64,000 nucleotides of DNA from Eledone cirrhosa (lineage: Eukaryota): positions 118,792,001 through 118,856,000 of the forward strand of contig OZ024745.1 of NCBI GenBank assembly GCA_964016885.1, written 5' to 3'. The notes beneath the pieces are model-generated. The model was not told the origin of the DNA. It made no database searches and saw only the letters and a list, made by a program, of their open reading frames with translations. The position numbers and the translations under genes were made by a program. Every line of letters begins with the position of its first letter. Position 1 is the stretch's first letter. Shown here piece after piece: positions 60,851 to 64,000 of this stretch.

Positions 60851-61149
60851 CATATTCTTATATATAATGAATACTTATTTTAAGATTCACTTCTTTTAAA
60901 ATGTTCAAATGTCAATACTTCCGGTTATGATATAACGGACGCTATATTATAACGCTTATATAAACGTTCATATATTTGCATCGTTATATCATGGTTTTCT
61001 GCTAGTAATTCTTATATTGGCACAAGGCCAGCAAATTGGAAGAAAGGGAAAGTCTTAACGGGTAATTTATTTTATCGATCTATGAAGGATGAATGGCAAA
61101 GATGCCTTCCGCAGGATCTGAACTGAGAAAGTAAAGAGTCAGAACAAAC

Positions 61150-61575
61150 GCCGTCATCATCTCTGTATAGTCCTATATTCATGGTGTTATATCTCGCATC
61201 AAGTGTATGTAAGATGGAACACATATCTACGCCATACAGGAATTCTCTGCTGATATCAAAAAGATAATTGATGGTATTACTCATCTTACGTCTTCGTTGA
61301 ATGGCAGAGAGTTTCTAGAATGCATAATAATTTCTATATTTTTGTCTTTTATAACATGTCTAGTAATATATTTTACGGTATGTGTCATCTGTAGTATATG
61401 TTTGTTAGAAGCACATCAAATATTGCACTTATAACAGAGGTAATTTTTACATTCATTCCTCACATAGGTTTTACTGTTATCTCTAGACACTTATAATTCA
61501 ATAACTTCTCATCTTTCTTCCGAGAGAAATATTGAGGCCAAAAAAGAAATTGCTATATCGATAAAGAGACATTCA
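61150..61575 (-). mobile_element. Decayed Naiad-type Penelope-like RT fragment
   Basis: LFDI..GVDMC.ILHTL..NIGLYRDD, homologous to 9350-9480. Confidence 0.65.
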
Positions 61576-61967
61576 GCATAGTTACGTCCCTTTACGATCT
61601 GAGTTCAAATCCCGCCGAGGTTGACTTTGCCTTTCATCCTTACGGGGTTGATAAAATAAAGTACCAGTAATGCACTGGGTAATTGCTGGCCTTGTGCCTA
61701 AAGTAGAAACAATTATTTCATAACACTATATTTAACAAAACTGTAAAACCTGACTTAATTCTGTTCAAGCAAAACTAATAAAAAGCATTCCAGCCGTCCC
61801 CATTTTACGAGCATCTTGTACTACATTGTCTCATGTGTTATTCTGTTTGAAAGGTTGTTGGGGTGTGATTAGAGAGAGATTTGGTTGCCATTTCTAACTG
61901 AATTAAGTGACTCTGTAGAAGCCCATTCGTTGGCTCATCAAGAAAGCATTTGTTACTGAGGTAATTA

Positions 61968-62294
61968 CAGTTGTCCCCTGGTATTCGCAGGCGTTACGTT
62001 CCGAGAGCACCCGCGAAGAGTGAAAAACCGTGAATATTGGACGTGGTCCATAAAAATGCCTATAAACGTCAAAACATAATGTAAAATATAGACCGGCAAA
62101 TACGGTATATTGTTATTAATTATTTAGCGTTAAAAAGCGTGAAAAAATATATATTGCCACGAAGAAAACCATAAAATCCGTGGAAGATATTTACGATTCC
62201 GCGAAATATGCGGTGGTTTCCACGAACAATTATTAGTTAGGTTGTAAGGAAAATTCCGCGAATGCATCGACCGCGAATGCCGGGGGGTATACTG
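61968..62294. mobile_element. Tigger/pogo-like MITE
   Basis: TA-CAGTTGTCCCCTGGTATTCGC ... GCGAATGCCGGGGGGTATACTG-TA; TA TSD. Confidence 0.8.
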
Positions 62295-62412
62295 TATATC
62301 AAAACAGCAACAAAAGATATAAATCCACAGTTTTCAGTGGATTGATTATTTCATTTCGAATCTTTTTGTTATGTCTCTCTTAATTGATAGTTTTTGAATA
62401 TAGTGGCTTTGT

Positions 62413-62535
62413 GAAGGCGCGTGGTTGAGTGGTCAGAGAATTGGATTCGCAATCGTGAGGTTGTGAGTTCGATTCCTGGACAGGGCGATGCGTTATGTCC
62501 TTGGACAAGACACTTTATTTCACGTTGCTCCTTCT
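62413..62535 (+). mobile_element. Family B SINE head
   Basis: GGCGCGTGGTTGAGTGG (A box), GAGTTCGATTCC (B box), TGTCCTTGGACAAGACACTT. Confidence 0.8.
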
Positions 62536-63353
62536 GCTGGAGTTGCGACCAATAGATAGTATTAGCAATTGGAAAACCAACGGAAACATTGTTTCCTCGG
62601 TCCGATTTGACGAAAGTCGATCGACTATTATATAGTAGCTTTACTGGGTTGTCTGTGTTTCTGCTGACTTTTATCGAGAGTGGGTAACCAGTGTGATCAA
62701 TCACAAAATGACAGAAATAGTAAAAAGACTTCCATTGTTTAGTTACATCCGTTTAGATAATTCTGATAGGAGATCTTGGTGTGTTTATAATTCTGCTGTT
62801 CATAACTTCCAGTTAACTGATGGAGGATATTTGGTCTGTTAGGAAGCTATGGACGACCTTTCTGTCCTTCTGATGTCTTTATTTCATATCTTCTTTTTTC
62901 TGTGTGTGTTTCTTTCTCTCTTGCCAGCCCCCTCCTCCTCCTCCTCCTTCACCACCCCTCCACTTCCTGCACCACCCCTCCTCTTACTCCTCATCCCCCA
63001 CATCATTAATGTTTATTATGTTATACAGACAAGTTATAGAAAACCCTCCAGATAAAAACAGATATTCCGTTATGAAATACAGCGTATTCATGTCTCAATA
63101 AAATGTCCATATTTATATTTAGAATTAATTATTCATGCATAAATATGATGCTAATAATGTTCATTTTCTAACTTTAACACAAGGCCAGAATGTTTGTTGT
63201 GGGAACATGATCGCCCTTTTGTGTAAATGTGACCACAAGTAAAAGGTTGATGTCCATACAAACCACCAAGTGTTTGACACAGCAGCTTTGCATGTTTCTA
63301 CGCCTGATATTCGGTTTTACGGATCAGTCACAGGTTTCTGTAAGTATTGCTTC

Positions 63354-63444
63354 GGTTGATAAAGGACACATCCTGCTATATATATCAGCTAGGGGTTTTG
63401 GTTGATAACGGACACATCCTGCTATATATCAGCTAGGGGTTTTG
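63354..63444. repeat. Two-copy tandem duplication, about 45 bp
   Basis: GGTTGATAA.GGACACATCCTGCTATATA..TCAGCTAGGGGTTTTG twice. Confidence 0.85.
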
Positions 63445-64000
63445 CTCGAATACCTCTTTCAAGGGCATATGGATCATTCTTCCTTCTATTTTTGAAAAAA
63501 AAAAAAAATCGTGTGTTACCTTTCGCATCGTTAAGATTTACAGATAGAGTCTGCAATGGAAAGATAAAATGGTAGATAGTATCAGCAATGGAAATATCAA
63601 TGGAAACATTGTTTCCTTGGTCTGTTTGACGAGTTCCATCCTATTCGGTAAGTGAGGGAGGTCTGGGATCTAGTAGATCGATTCAATTGTCCTCCTTTAG
63701 TGACATATATCTTCCATGTTTGTTTTCCCGGAGTTGATCGATGTCTCGTATTCTGATTTAGCTTGGACCACTGGCAATGAATGAGTTGCTATTGTTGTTG
63801 TTGTTATTGATATTGTTGATATTAACGTTTGCATTAACATCGTTTTTTTTTCTATATTTAGTTGTATATGTTTATAACAGCGTTTTTCAAACAATTATTT
63901 CCTTTTCTGTCTTTGCTTCTTTCTTGTTGTTTTTTTTATTTTCAAAATATTGTGAAGAGCATTTACTACCACCAATTTGGACCCCCAGCCCTGTTATTTC

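Overview
This is eukaryotic, AT-rich, repeat-saturated intergenic or intronic DNA. It is most likely from an octopus or another coleoid cephalopod, which I infer from the SINE types and microsatellite load and did not verify. I can support no intact host protein-coding gene. Nearly all ORFs in the track are microsatellite or minisatellite artefacts or retroelement debris. Recognisable content: (1) a near-full-length frameshifted Penelope-like element (Naiad-type RT plus GIY-YIG, 8.6-10.6 kb) and further PLE fragments; (2) L1/Tx1, CR1, R4/Dong, CRE and RTE-like LINE fragments; (3) more than 20 copies of two tRNA-derived SINE families; (4) hAT, piggyBac and Tigger-like MITEs and solo LTRs with TSDs; (5) a 1.4-kb tandem triplication and several minisatellites, including a 5.9-kb two-phase array. 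The most notable hidden signal is a dense set of about 19 type I hammerhead-ribozyme motifs in the first 28.4 kb, found by manual folding. They come from at least 9 unrelated sequence families, lie on both strands, and several have intact catalytic cores. They are arranged as inverted pairs, as ~310-320 bp direct repeats and inside the 1.4-kb repeat units, consistent with PLE termini or retrozyme-like elements. All structures and coordinates were read by eye; no activity or expression is shown.
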